NCBI GenBank assembly: GCA_001275005.1
Contig: JWZX01003105.1
Coordinates: 1 to 38,015 of the forward strand
Length of the DNA: 38,015 bases
Direction of reading: 5' to 3'
Source: Chrysochromulina tobinii
Taxonomy: Eukaryota
The notes beneath the pieces are model-generated. The model had not been told where the DNA came from, made no database searches, and was given only the letters and a program-made list of their open reading frames with translations. This document shows, piece after piece, positions 19,401 through 30,389 of the stretch; position 1 is the stretch's first letter; each line of letters begins with the position of its first letter. The position numbers were made by a program, and so were the translations under genes.

Positions 19401-21514
19401 TCCTCGAGCTCTCGATCCGCAACGTGTCGGCGCTGCCGCAGCGCTTCGGCTTCTTGCCGTTGCCCAAGGAGCTCGATGTGCAGCCTGGGGACGCGATCGG
19501 CACGATCTTACCGGGCGAGACGCTCGTGCGGCGCGTGCTCTTCTCGCCCACGGCGGAGATCACTCACAAGATCACACTCACGTGCCGCACGTCGCTCAAC
19601 CGCACGTACCACCTCAAGTGCGTGGGCACGGGCATCCAGCCGATTCTGACGCTCTCGAGTGTGAAGCTCTCGCTCCCGCCGACCGTCGAAGGGGACACCT
19701 CGTTTGGCGACGTGACCCTCACCAACAGCTCGAAGCACGAGGCGCGCACCTTCGAGTTCGCGCCGCCGGTGGGCTCATGCCTCAAGCTAGCGCCCAAGGT
19801 GGGTACCCTGCCGCCGGGGGAGTCTGTGCGGGTGCGCATCGAGTTCACCGCTCCGGTCAACCCCGACACGAGCTACGCGCCGCACGGACGCAGCGGCGCA
19901 GGCGTGCCCGTCGTTACGGAGGGCGAGGAAGGCGGCGAGGAAGGCGCCGTGGCGGGCGCCGTGGCGGCGCCGGAGCCGTCGCCACCCTCAGCGGGCGGCG
20001 ACGAGGGCGCCGGCGGCGACGAGGGCCCGCCCGACACGGCGCCAGTCGAGTTGCTGCCAGGTGCTGTGCCGAGTGTCGCTGACGAGCCGTGGACCCTGCT
20101 GGCGCGCCCGACGGTGCTGTGCTTCGTGCGTGCTGAGGGGCAGCCACTGGATCACGCGGCGACCCTCTTCTTGGGCGTCGAGACGCCGGTGGTGGCGGTG
20201 CCGATGGTGCTTGCAAGCTCGGGCGGGGTCACGTCGGAGGTGGCGTTCGGCTCGGTGCCCGTCGGCCAGTCGCGCATGGTCTCGATTGCGATCATCTCGC
20301 GCGAGGACGTGGCGCTGCAGCTCACGGCTGACCCTTTGGAGGAGCTCGGTCCTTTTTCGCTCATCAACGCGCTGCCGCTGCTGCCGCCGCGCGGCGCCGT
20401 CGAGGTGCCGCTGCGCTATCTCCCCATGAAGCAGCTGCCAGGGCGCGAGACCCTCAAATTGCGAGCGGGCGGCTGCACCTTGTCGGTGGCGCTGAGTGGT
20501 CAGGGCGTCTCGCCCACACTACGGCTGCTCGGCCCTCAACCCGACCCACCGCCCGCGGGCGGCGCGCCCATCCCCGGTGTCTCCACACCCCAGATCGATC
20601 CGGAGACGGGGGAGCCGTCCAAGGTGAAGCTGGGGGGCGAGGCGAGGCGCTCGTACCGGAGCGACTCGTGCGTGCTCGTGCATTGCGGCGACGTGCTCGT
20701 GGGCTCCGAGGCGTCGAAGACGGTGACCATCGAGAACAAGTCTGCCTTTGCGGTGGGGTACGCGCTGAAGCTCCTCCAGGCGGGCCACACCAACAACGGG
20801 GCCGCACCCGTCTTTGATGTGTCGCCCACCGAGGCCGAGATTGCGGGTGGCGCCACGCTGACGCTCACGGTGCGCTTCGCGCCCGACCTTGCGTCGGATA
20901 GCTTCTGGCAGCTGCTTGAGGTGTCGGTGCCTAATCAGGAGAGCTCGCCGCATCTGCTCATGCTGCGCGGGCGGTCGTACGAGTCCGCGGGCTACGTGCT
21001 GGCGCCGGAGCAGCACTCGCAGGTTGGCCCCTCGCTGCTGCTCGCGAAGGCTCGCGACACCATCTGCCTGCCGACGCCCGCTCTCACTGGGATACCCGCC
21101 GCTGCGCCCACCGACAAACGCATCATTGAGGTGCTTCTCGTGCCGAGCGGCGCGGCGGGCGCTGCCACGGCCACGCTGCTCATCGGCAACTGCAAGGCCC
21201 TCGTGCCAGACCCGAAGGCGGCGGGGCTCGAATTCTCCTTTGAGGGGCTGGACGATGCTGCGAGTCGGCGCGGGTTTGGGGTAGAGCCTCTCAAGGGAGT
21301 GGTGAAGGAGGGGGAGCAACAGGCGATCAAGCTGAGCTTCACACTCAAGGAGGAGGCGCTCGCGGGCACCGAGCTCGGCGTGATCGCCTCGTTTGGCGTG
21401 CCGCAGTGGGCGGAGGTGAGTCTCAAGTGCGTGCTCAAGGGCGGCACCCCGCCGCCCGCGCAGCCGGAGACGATCGTGCTGCTCAAGGGGTACATTGCCG
21501 GGCGCTCCCATTAA
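16445..21514 (+). CDS. CFAP74: Cilia- and flagella-associated protein 74 (central apparatus; coiled coil plus multiple ASH/Ig-like domains), ~1689 aa, intronless
   Basis: N-terminal coiled coil with GGNPY, then QVVGGK..F..KP..I.F.DFDVGKTY..TLTN..PPG.MSAG...F.P.INQD....TG...VPLKATTKK, matching the CFAP74 core as I recall it. Repeated FG-x-V/C...N...P beta-sandwich units follow. Confidence 0.88.
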   Translation: MATHLPPPPSGFLSFDDEEDFDPLESYDPDPENEPAMPAASGPDVAADAAALLKKATHSNGMLSTYDDDKTYKDRVHRARVAGDFQYLRKRAEDASEAASVAQRNERTQGERYEELRNRSAEAEAEVERLTDLGKTQPNIGAQQAAHSRLADALGAERAQAETMSRAVAAARAAEVERDAVLLELTHKRREHEGLEHTTHAEESMQQLAAPGRAARERAAAERIVKGSRDAEERAKAAEHVRQQQARSQLEQARAGHKRAVLSLRERVAKEREGADEIAEGYRQRNDERAVAVMELKESTAAISAQMRAANAKRAERQAEVERSRQAEKAAILAAGGNPYMVFRQREEEARLARERAKMERQLDANMTELQGTILQGYKEEAEKRDKAKTSREMIEAKAKAISSNGKAQSNTKFMFENTKAKVSVIDPTSKLDHINPSQHMTVKSRPDWKMGLTTAEAGVDNLGMGSGNTKYGGKIVVDPDVVDYYAEKYPEVTAEMMAKAEVKVAKARAAGVPPGGHKTAIALPEPTAATVRLMAAEASARHEAVDELLEPEAEGLWESAVDGVEGPLRPSKGAKENAFGLRELSTLEKRYMAEAQARQKPNQIIPQVVGGKTWSGPAFICKPNVILFADFDVGKTYEIKFTLTNVSYTFNAFRPAALPDAVASFFELSHVPPGRMSAGVTADLFIKFSPKINQDIESEITFNTATGPMTVPLKATTKKAKIALATPTIDFGAVVMGETRRLPLTFVNGGALDCPLTISTLHATMPTDPPADGEAIGGEEPAPLPPLFTFDAGVEQTVVKGYDTTTIMLTFAPRQPGDAATLFKLGYGPAQPDDEISVHGLGVAVPIYVERDTIDLLTCCYDGLYRESVVLHNRSKTALKVNVLVPRPLKGYLEFVPSTGFVQARSPFAVSLKLRANPDILKTCEQYITDEVLSIPISVSVPEQVLPVSFMLRAQLTDPTLRFERDGLEVSTLHFGSCPLNASRILELSIRNVSALPQRFGFLPLPKELDVQPGDAIGTILPGETLVRRVLFSPTAEITHKITLTCRTSLNRTYHLKCVGTGIQPILTLSSVKLSLPPTVEGDTSFGDVTLTNSSKHEARTFEFAPPVGSCLKLAPKVGTLPPGESVRVRIEFTAPVNPDTSYAPHGRSGAGVPVVTEGEEGGEEGAVAGAVAAPEPSPPSAGGDEGAGGDEGPPDTAPVELLPGAVPSVADEPWTLLARPTVLCFVRAEGQPLDHAATLFLGVETPVVAVPMVLASSGGVTSEVAFGSVPVGQSRMVSIAIISREDVALQLTADPLEELGPFSLINALPLLPPRGAVEVPLRYLPMKQLPGRETLKLRAGGCTLSVALSGQGVSPTLRLLGPQPDPPPAGGAPIPGVSTPQIDPETGEPSKVKLGGEARRSYRSDSCVLVHCGDVLVGSEASKTVTIENKSAFAVGYALKLLQAGHTNNGAAPVFDVSPTEAEIAGGATLTLTVRFAPDLASDSFWQLLEVSVPNQESSPHLLMLRGRSYESAGYVLAPEQHSQVGPSLLLAKARDTICLPTPALTGIPAAAPTDKRIIEVLLVPSGAAGAATATLLIGNCKALVPDPKAAGLEFSFEGLDDAASRRGFGVEPLKGVVKEGEQQAIKLSFTLKEEALAGTELGVIASFGVPQWAEVSLKCVLKGGTPPPAQPETIVLLKGYIAGRSH

Positions 21515-21891
21515 AGACGCATAGGTATCGAGAGGCGACACAGGCAGAGGGGGAGATGCCCCGCCCGGACGCCTCACTCTGCTGTGGGCAGTGGGGTCTC
21601 CACTGCAAAGGCCGAGCCCACCCCCGCGCATTTTGCGTGTCCGGTGAGGGCAGTCGCGCTGTGAGTGTACATGTGTACCGCCCCAGGATGCACAGCCGAT
21701 CACCGATGCGAGGCAGGACGAAGCTACCAGTGCTGCATTTTTTTAATGGCCAAACATAGACTTTCTTCGCAGACGCTCGCGCCGGTCGAGGACTTCTGGA
21801 TCAGGGTGTCACAAGTCCTCTTGGCTTTGGGAGCGTCCACGCTGCCCCTGGAGCCGATAGGGGATCCTATCGTGAGATTGAACCCTTTTCT

Positions 21892-23116
21892 ATGAGACTA
21901 CGGCACCTGCATTGCGTGTGTGCCTGCTTGTTTCTCGCGGGCACGCGCGGCTACATCACCACCAAGGCCGAGGTTTTGGAAGAAGAGGTCTCGAAGCGAA
22001 AGACGGTGGTGAGTTCGCTGGATGCAGCACCCGTCAATCTTCTTTCAACCTCATGAGTTGCCGCCTTCCCCCGGGGGGTCTGCCCTCACCTCCCGTCCGC
22101 AGGATAACATCATCGCCTCACTCGAGGCGGCGCAGCAGTCAGTCGACTCGAGCAGCTTGACGGAGCTCGAGCAGCGCTCGGCTCGGGCAGCGCTACGGCC
22201 AGTGCTGGCCGAGGCCCTGCGCGCAGCGGCCGAGCTCGAGCGCATCGCGGCGGGCCCGGAGCCGGGCAGCGCGGCCGATCCCGAGCCGAAGCAGCAGCTT
22301 TCGGATGGTGAGCCGACCCAAGCGCTTCGATGGGCGTCACTCAACGGGACGTCGCCGGACGACGAGGCACGCCAGGACATTTTGCGCGCTTCTGACGACC
22401 TCGTGCATGCTTCTGAGATCATGCGTGCTTCTGATGAGGCAGCAGGCAGCAGCGATGGGGCCGAGGCGAAAGGGGACGCGACGGGCAAGACGGGGAGCGA
22501 AGGCGAGGGCGAGCCGCCCTACGCGATCTTCCTCGAGCTCGGCGAAAATGTACTGCAGCAGCCGGCTCTGCTCGCGACGCCGACGATCACGACGACCACG
22601 ATGACCGAGAGTGGGAGGCACGGGAAAACCACCACCACCACTACTACTACCACCACGACGACCATCACCACCACCACGGTGTCGGCGGACGCGGAGACGA
22701 GTGAGACGAGTGGGTTGTTGGCGGCTGTAGAGACCCGCCTGTCCGCTCTACTGCACGCGATGCTGCCGTCCGCTCTCGCCTCCCTCGCGCCGCCGAGCAT
22801 GCCGTCGCCGCCGCCCACCGGCGTGCCCGTTATAATGCCGTCGGTGGCAGCAGAGGCGGCCAGTGCCGCCTCAGGCATTGCGGCGGAGGAAGAGGTGAGC
22901 GGTGGCTCGGTCGCTGACGTGGCTTCCGCTGACGTGGCTTCGGGCGCGCTGGAGGTCAGCAGCGGCGAGGCTGCGTTCGTCGGGTCGACATTCGTCGAGT
23001 CGGCGTCCGTTGAGGCCAGCAGCGGTGCTCCGCTACCCTCCCCCGACGCGTCGCCCGAGCCATCGCCCGAGGCGCCGACCATGCCGATCGACGTGCTCGA
23101 GACACAGAGCCATTGA
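21892..23116 (+). CDS. Putative secreted acidic low-complexity (Ala/Ser/Glu/Thr/Pro-rich) protein; join(21892..22008,22103..23116), ~376 aa
   Basis: Exon 1 MRLRHLHCVCACLFLAGTRG (signal-peptide-like). Consensus donor GTG|GTGAGT at 22009, CTCAC branch and CCGCAG acceptor at 22102 join in frame to ORF 22022..23116. Poly-Thr tract at ~22580-22680. Confidence 0.7.
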
Positions 23117-23802
23117 GACAAGGGGCTGGCGGCCCCAATCGCCGGGCGCTGGCGCGTGATGCGGGCGCAGACACGATGTGGTTGAGAATGCGCCCTCGCA
23201 CTGCGCGTTGATCGCCGCTTTGCACAAGTTTTCTATGGGGTGCGCGCGACCGTGTTGGCCTCCTTCGCGCCAACGATCTCCGTAATCGCGAATAGTTCTG
23301 AGCGCCCTTGTAGGCAAACGGGGGTAAAGTCCAAAGTCGGCATGCAAGTGCCAAGTCGGGAGGTGGTGCGCCCGTGCGCCGAGCCGGAGTCGAGACCCGC
23401 ATGCTGGAGTGGTCGAGTGGACAACCGGCGCCGGCATGCTCCGGAGTGGCCGCACCGGCGCGGCGAAAATGGAAAAAAAGCTTAGCTAAACGAAACGCGC
23501 GCCGGACGAATAAATCACAATATATATAGAAAATACCGAGGCCTCCGCGGGCTCCGCTCGCACGCTTGCTCGACCATCTTACAGTTTACACGGTAAGGGG
23601 GGCGCGCGTCGACTGTGCACGTCCACTGGACTGTAATCCGCCCGCGATCCCTACCCGCCACCCACAGTGTCGTCGCCTCGTCAGGCACCCCCGAAGACGC
23701 ACAGCTGTTGCCCACCCTCTACTGCCCATGGTTGCCCACGTCTCTTAAGGAATGCACCGCTCTCTTCCTCTTTCCTGTCTCATGCATGGCCCTCTCATGC
23801 CT

Positions 23803-23856
23803 CATGCACGGGCACGGCCCCTAGAGCATGCATGCACGGGCACGGCCCCTAGAGCA
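23803..23856. repeat. 28-bp-period tandem duplication that includes the stop codon of the RND gene
   Basis: CATGCACGGGCACGGCCCCTAGAGCA at 23803 and 23831. Confidence 0.9.
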
Positions 23857-26800
23857 GCTCGTCGTCCACGTCTTCCTTGCCGTTGCGCGAGGGTGGCGGC
23901 AAGCGCGAGGGTGGCGGCAAGCCGCGATCTGGCGCGTGGCGCGGCGGCATGGCGCCCATGGCCGAATCTGAGTGGTAGCGCGGCCCGTATCGCTCCGGGC
24001 CGAGGCCGCCGCCTGACTCGACGAGCTGGACCGACCAGCCATCGCCCTCCGAGTGCGGCGCGGTGATGGCGGGTGGGGCCTCCTCTGGCTCCTCGTTCGG
24101 TTGGGCTGTGTGATAGCCGCGTGTCGCCTTCGGGCCGACGAGCATGAGGACGACCAAGAAAGCGAGCGAGAAGCACGCGGAGACGATGGTGACCAGAAAA
24201 AAGATCTGGCCAAACTCGCGGAGGAGCAGCAGCTGTGCGGCGAGCACGGGCGAGACGGCGAGCAGCGTCGTCGCGGCGGACGAAACGATCGACGAGGCCC
24301 GGGCGAAGACAGTCGCGCGGCTCTTATAGAAGCGATCGGCAAAGAGTGAGTTCTTGTATGCGTGTGCGAGGTGGATGATGTAGTCGACCGACATGCCTAC
24401 GACCAATGAGAGGGCGAGGGCGGAGGTGACTCCAAGGGGGATCGCGAGCAACTTCATCACGCCGAGGAGCGTCACCACCATCGCGATCAGGCAGTAGAGC
24501 GCCACGTAGCTGATGATGAGCGAGCGCGAGAAGAGGGCGATCGCCGCCATCGACACGAAGGGCGTCACTGTGAGCGCGGTGGACACCGACGAGAAGAACG
24601 CCATCTCTGTAGCGAGCACACTCCACTTGGCGCACGTGTGCACGCCGTACTGCAGCGGGCTCGACGCCTCGGAGACCAGAGAGGGCACGTCAGCGCCGCC
24701 AGCGAGTCCGAGCCTCCACAGTGGCTCCACGATCATCACGCTCGCATTCTGTGCCGCGCTCGCATTCTGTCCACAGTCGTCGCCGTAGCACACGACGTCC
24801 CGGTCGAAGGGCTCGCGCACGGCCCGTGGCGCGTGCTCAAGAAAGGCATCCCATTCGCCCTTGAAGTTGCGGAGCAGGGGTGGATCGGCCACCAGACCGA
24901 TGGCGCCCTGCCCGCCTGTGGGGAACTTGCTCGGCAGGTCGCCGATCCTGATCCAGATCACCTTGCCGTGGTCTTGACAATCGTGCTCGCTCGGCGGGCA
25001 GATCTTGAGCCCCACGTCAGCCACTAGCCACCACTTGCGCCCGAGGAGCTCGCGCACCGTCTCGTCGAACAGGCGGGGCTCGATGGGGAAGGGTTGGCCC
25101 TGCGCCACCCGGTCGTCATGCAGCTCCTTCATGAAGCACTGGACCTCCTCCGGCGCGTGGTCGGGATGCAGCGGGGAGCGCGCGCCGTGCAGCAGCTCAC
25201 AGAACGCCAGGAGCTCGAGCTGCGTGCTCGTGGCGCTCGCGTCGAAGCCCTCGATAAGCTCGGGCGCGTTCTTGCTCCATGCGACATTTTTCCCGATTTC
25301 GCCGCCGCACATCTCCTCTTTGCAACCGCTCGTGCCAAAGTAGAGGCGGCAGCGCTCGGCCTCGGGTAGGCTCGTCCTCGATGGCATGGGGCCGCTCAGC
25401 AGGGGCGTGTTGTTGAGATCAATGACGGAGCCTGAGAGAGTCCAGAGAGAGCTGCCGAGGGTCATGCACACGATCGCGGTCATGAGGAGCGCACACGCCG
25501 AGGGGATGCGAGCAGTCGCGTGCGGCGCGTCCTCGGTCGAGAAGCCGCAGAAGTTCACGCCAGTGTACCATGCTTCCATGGCACCGAAAATGGGGACCAC
25601 ATTGATGAAGGAGAAGAGGGCGAGCGTGACCACGAGCATGTATTGCACCGGCCAGAACGCGTGGTACTCCATGGTGATGTGGCCACCACTCGCCAGCGAC
25701 ATCATGAAGCACGCGCCCATGAGGCTCGCACACAGCGCGCACACGCCGAACGAGACGCGCCGGAGCACGCGCCGATCGTGCCCAAAGGCCTGGGCGAGGA
25801 CGCCGCCACTGTACAGTCCGTGGGTGAGCGGCGTGGCCGCACTCAGGACGCCGAAGAGCAAGATGCCTAATGTCTCCCACCAGAACCAGCCGTCCAAGAG
25901 CGGCAGCAGCAGCGCCATCCCCAAGCAGACGCCGCCCGCCATGCGCAGACGGCGAGGCGCGTCGTCGGCGCGCGGCGAGGGCGCGAAGAGGGCGATGGCG
26001 AGGCCGCGCTTGAACAGGTACCCGAGGAAGCCAAGCAGCACACCATGCAGCGCTAGGGTCAGCTCCAGCAGCATGGGCAGCGCGCGGATCGAACCGAACA
26101 GTGCATTGGAGAGCGTCGTGTTGAACGTGATCACCAAGGAGAAGAGCACGCCATGCTGCACGACGGCGGCCGCGATCGCGAGCCTCTCGCCCAAGTCGTA
26201 CAGCTCCTCCTCTGTCGCGCCGGGCAGAGGGCGAGCGCCCCAACGAGAGGCGGCCGTCTCGCCGCTCATTTGAAGGTCGGCGGCGTTGAGCAGCCAAATC
26301 GCATCCGCGGAGAGGAGCGCGGCCAGCAGCAGGCCGTGCCAATTGGCAGCATCAAAGGAGGGCCAGAGGCCCTCCGGCCATCCGGGCAGCGCGTCCTGCG
26401 TGATGAAGATCCACAGCGTGGTGACGAAGCAGAAGAGGGCCCCAAAGAGGGCGAGCTGCGAGGGGATCGGCGAGCGCTTCGACGCCTCGGTGGGGTGGAG
26501 CATGTGCACTGGCCGGCCCGTGCGGAAGACATTGGAGAGGGCAAGCAGCGGCGGCACGTGCCCGAGTAGCGAGAAGGCGAGCAAGTTGGACGCAATGATG
26601 GCACGCGGGCCGAAGGCGGCGTTGAAGGCCTCTGGAATGAGCGCCAGGATCAACACGATCGTGCCCGCGATTAGAAAGCCCGCCGCCATCGTTTGCAGCC
26701 GGCGCAGCAGCTTGCCACGGCGCTCCGGCTCGCGCTGGATGTACGCAGGCGGCGCGAAAAAGCCCAGCGGCTCGCCGAAGAGGATGACGCGCGCGCCAAC

Positions 26801-29800
26801 AGCTGAGAGCGCCCCGTCGAGTAGCCAGAGAGCCGCGAGGCAGCCGCCGACGAAGATGGGCCAGCCCGAGCCGCTCTTGAGCCCATCAATCCAGCCGGGC
26901 AGGAGCCGGCAGTGCGCGAGCTCGTCGAGAGTCAGATGATGGTCCCCATCATTGCCGTCGCAGACCACCGGGTTGTTGGCCTTGAACCAGGCGACGAGCG
27001 CGGAGACGCCGAAGAAAAGCACCATCAGCCCATGCCCGAGGAGCGACGCGTCGCGGGCCCGCTCCGAGAACTCGGTCGGTACGAAGAAGGAGCTCTCACG
27101 ATTCTTGAGCGCCACCTGCGCGATCGAAGCGTGTGCGGCGGCGTTGGCCAGGCACCAGAGCACCACCAGGTTAGCGAGGCCTGGCGGGAGCGTGCGCGCG
27201 ATGGGCAGCCCCGAGAGGAAGATCATGAACCATCCCGCGTGCGAGTGGACGGAGGAGGCGATCAAGAACTGCGCCTTGTACTCGGGCCGCGAACGAAAGT
27301 GCCACACGGGCTCACCAAAAAAGGCAGCTTGTGCCGCGAGCGAGAGCATCGCCGCATCATAGAGCCAGACGATGCCGAGGAAGAGAGAAATCCCGCCTGG
27401 TCCCGACCAAGTCCAATGTAACGGCCAGCCGCCGCCTTGCAGGTCGCCGTTGACAATCGAGAAGATGATGATGCCAAAGATGCCGCTCGCGGCCGAGGCG
27501 GCCACATACGCGCCCGTGGCCGCCGAAGGCTGCTCCCGCATCCACTCGGTGACGCTGACCACCCACCACTGGGTCTGGTAGTGAGCGACCGCGGCCACGC
27601 GCCCGAAGAAGACTGAATGGAGAAGGAGCAGCAGCCCGAGGAGGTTGCCGAGCGGCGAGGCGGCCTCGCGCGCAAAGTCACACAAGAAGAGGGCGAGGTA
27701 CATGAGCGCGAACCCAAGGGTGGCCATGAAGGAGGCGACGACGCCCACGCCAGTGACGAAGGCCGCGGGCGTCTCACCATGCGCTGGCGACTGGAAGAAG
27801 CCTACTGTTCGGTCCGTGTACAGCGCAAACGTGAGGCCTCCCAAGAGGACAGCATCGTACACGCAGAGCACCGAGAGCGTCGCACCAACCCACGCGGGGC
27901 CGCTCTCGTAGTCCGGAATGTGCTGGCCGGTCGCCAGCAGGTGCGCGTACCTGTGAGTGGATCAATCAGAGGTCATCAGAGGCCGTCAGAGGTCATCCGA
28001 GGACGTCAGAGGTCATCCGAGGTCATCAGAGGTCATCCGAGGTTATCAGCGTACCGCGCAGGCAGGTTGGACGCCGCGGCCTCGGGCGCGGTCAGAGAGG
28101 TGATCCGTGTAGTGTTGAGGCCTTCGACGGATCGAAAGAGATGGCTGGGATTCGAGGGTGGCAGGCGCGCGCGCTCGATGATGCCGGCCATCAGAGGGTC
28201 GGGCGCGAAGGTGAACGAGGCGTCGCTGCCCGGCGAGAGTTTGAGCGCAAACGGCGTGAGGACCACTACGACAGCAGCGAAGCCAGCAAGGATGAGGCCT
28301 TTATTGTCCCACAGATAGCGGTGGACGGCCTGCAGTGCGAGCAGGCGTTCCTTTTGCTTGCGCTGCCGCTCCGCCGGGTTGGGTGGCGGTGCGTATGGAT
28401 TGAGTCGCCCTCGCTCCTCGAGCAAGAGCAGCGCCGGCAGGTACACTCCACACAGCCCAAAGTTGATGAAGATGAGCGTGCCGCCGCACAGCCCGAACTG
28501 GTAGACGGACTTGATCTCGGACAGGCAGTTGATGAAGAGCGAGGCGGCGGTGGTCGCGTTGGCGTAGAATAGGGGTACAGACGCCTGGCGTACTGTCCAT
28601 TCGATCCGCTCCTCTTCTGAGGCGGGCTGGCCGCGACGGTTCATGAGCATGCGGCTCTGCGCCCAAGTCTCGTGAAGGACGAAGATATTGTCGGCGGAGA
28701 CGCCCACGACAACGGCGAGCGAGGCGGCGGCGAAGGCGGAGAGCGTGCTCTCGAAGAAGATCACGCACACCACAAAGTACATGAAGGGGAAGGAAAGCAA
28801 GATCTGCAGTGCGGCCAGCCCCGCGAGACGCCATTGGCCGAAGTAGGCTCGCATGTAGCAGCCCACAAAGACGACGGAGAGGAAGACGAGGAAGAGGTCG
28901 TTATAGAGGAGCACGAGCAGCTCGGCGGTCATCAACTCGAGCGGCCCGCCAAAGTACACATGGACGTACCAGCTCTTCGACCAGGACGACGCGGAGACGT
29001 CGTAGAGCTTCTGAGCGAGAGCGTACCACTTGTCGCCCGTCATGGCGCTTCGTCGGACAGAGAGCGTCGAGCGTAAGTACGATGCGCGGGCGCGCTCGTG
29101 GTTTGCACGCTGCAGGTCCGCACCCTGCCGCTCGTGCGAGGCCGCGTACATCTCATCGGCGTCGAGCAGTTCCGTTGGCGCATCGACCGACAGGAAGCCG
29201 TCGCATGCATTCGACTCAAGCCACTGCACCGTCTTCGCCACGTCGTCCGAGTCAAAGGGCGGCAGCGCGCAGCCACCGTCGTGCTCGACTGCAAGGCGGC
29301 CGTCGAAAAAGAGCTGGGGCAACGTGCGGTTGCGCGAGGCATACGGGTACAGATAGTTGAGCACTGAGTCGATGGGTTTACAACCTTCCGAGGCAGGCCC
29401 ACCGCCTGGCGCCATGTAGCACACCTCTTCCATCTTCATCCACTCCCACAGTTCGCGCTCGAGGTCGTGTACCTCCTTGAGCTGGCGCAGCGCGAGCATA
29501 TTGGACGCGCCCAGCCCGCGCCGCTCGTACACCAGCGTCACGTTCTCGTAATCGCCGTCGTATGCCAGCCGCCGCCCATGTGCCTCGTCCGCCGCCAGCG
29601 AGCTGTCCTCGTCAGCGAGCCGTCGCCCCAGGCCCGGGAAACTGCGCGCGTCGTCGAGCTTGCCGAGCTCGTAGAAGTGGCGCACGTCCACATGCTTTGT
29701 CGCGATGAACATGTTCTCGTTCACCGAGAAGAGGGTGGACGCGGCGAGCACCACCCAAAGCGTTGCGACACCCGCTGCAAAGAAGACGATAAGAAGCACC

Positions 29801-30075
29801 TTAGAGGGCGAGTCAGCGATGAAGGTGGCGACACGGCCGACGCGGAAGTTGGGCGGGAGCTGGATCTTTACGTCATCCTGTAGGTCCTCCTGCAGCACCT
29901 CGGTCGGTACCGCCTGTACCTCATCCTCCTCATTCTCGGCAGGCTGCGTTTGTGAGTACTCATCCACGATGCCCCGCACGCGCTCGAGCTCGGAGTCGTA
30001 CTGCCGCAGCGGCTCGCGGTCCATGTCCCCGGACACCGGATCGTCGGACAGCGGGTTCATGGTCGTCTCCTGCAT
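23849..30075 (-). CDS. Patched/Dispatched-family (sterol-sensing, RND) membrane protein with a large internal multi-TM insert; join(30075..28055,27950..23849), ~2040 aa
   Basis: N-half: TM1, luminal loop, then SSD with GVSADNIFV and ANATTAASL. C-half: LVVGMSVDYIIHLAHAY and SSAATTLLA. A phase-2 intron joins the two ORFs in frame (..LPAR|YAHLL..). Confidence 0.88.
27951..28054 (-). mobile_element. Repeat-built spliceosomal intron (104 nt); candidate introner element
   Basis: CG|GTACGC-TGATAACC..(CTCTGATGAC-like 10-mers x8)..CTCTGATTGATCCACTCACAG|GTACGC. GGTACGC is duplicated at both junctions. The intron itself is well supported; mobility is inferred. Confidence 0.65.
27965..28049 (+). repeat. 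10-bp tandem repeat (ATCAGAGGTC consensus) x8.5
   Basis: atcagaggtc atcagaggcc gtcagaggtc atccgaggac gtcagaggtc atccgaggtc atcagaggtc atccgaggtt atcag. Confidence 0.97.
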
Positions 30076-30389
30076 TTCGGCGCTCTACCTCAAAAGCCGC
30101 GCGGCGCCCACACACCCACGCGAGAGAGAGGTCGCGACGAATTTCGACCCGCGAAACAGCGTTACGTTGGAATCTCCCCACAAGGCGATGCCGCCTGTGT
30201 TGAAAACATGGTCGAAGAGCCGGATGCCAGAGTCTGCTCAGAGTCTGCGCGTCTCTACTACGGTGTATTAGTGACGCGGAAATCAAACATTATATTTATA
30301 CCTCATTCTCCCCGGCCGAAATCGTAATCGTTCGAGTCGCGGGGTTTAAAGCCAGCCGTCGACAGCGTAGTGCCAGACGCTCCTCCGTC

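Noticed and set aside
27965..28049. Tandem array as a CRISPR or telomeric repeat
   Set aside because: The 10-bp units are contiguous with no spacers and no cas genes; the array lies wholly inside a GT-AG intron and is not TTAGGG-like.
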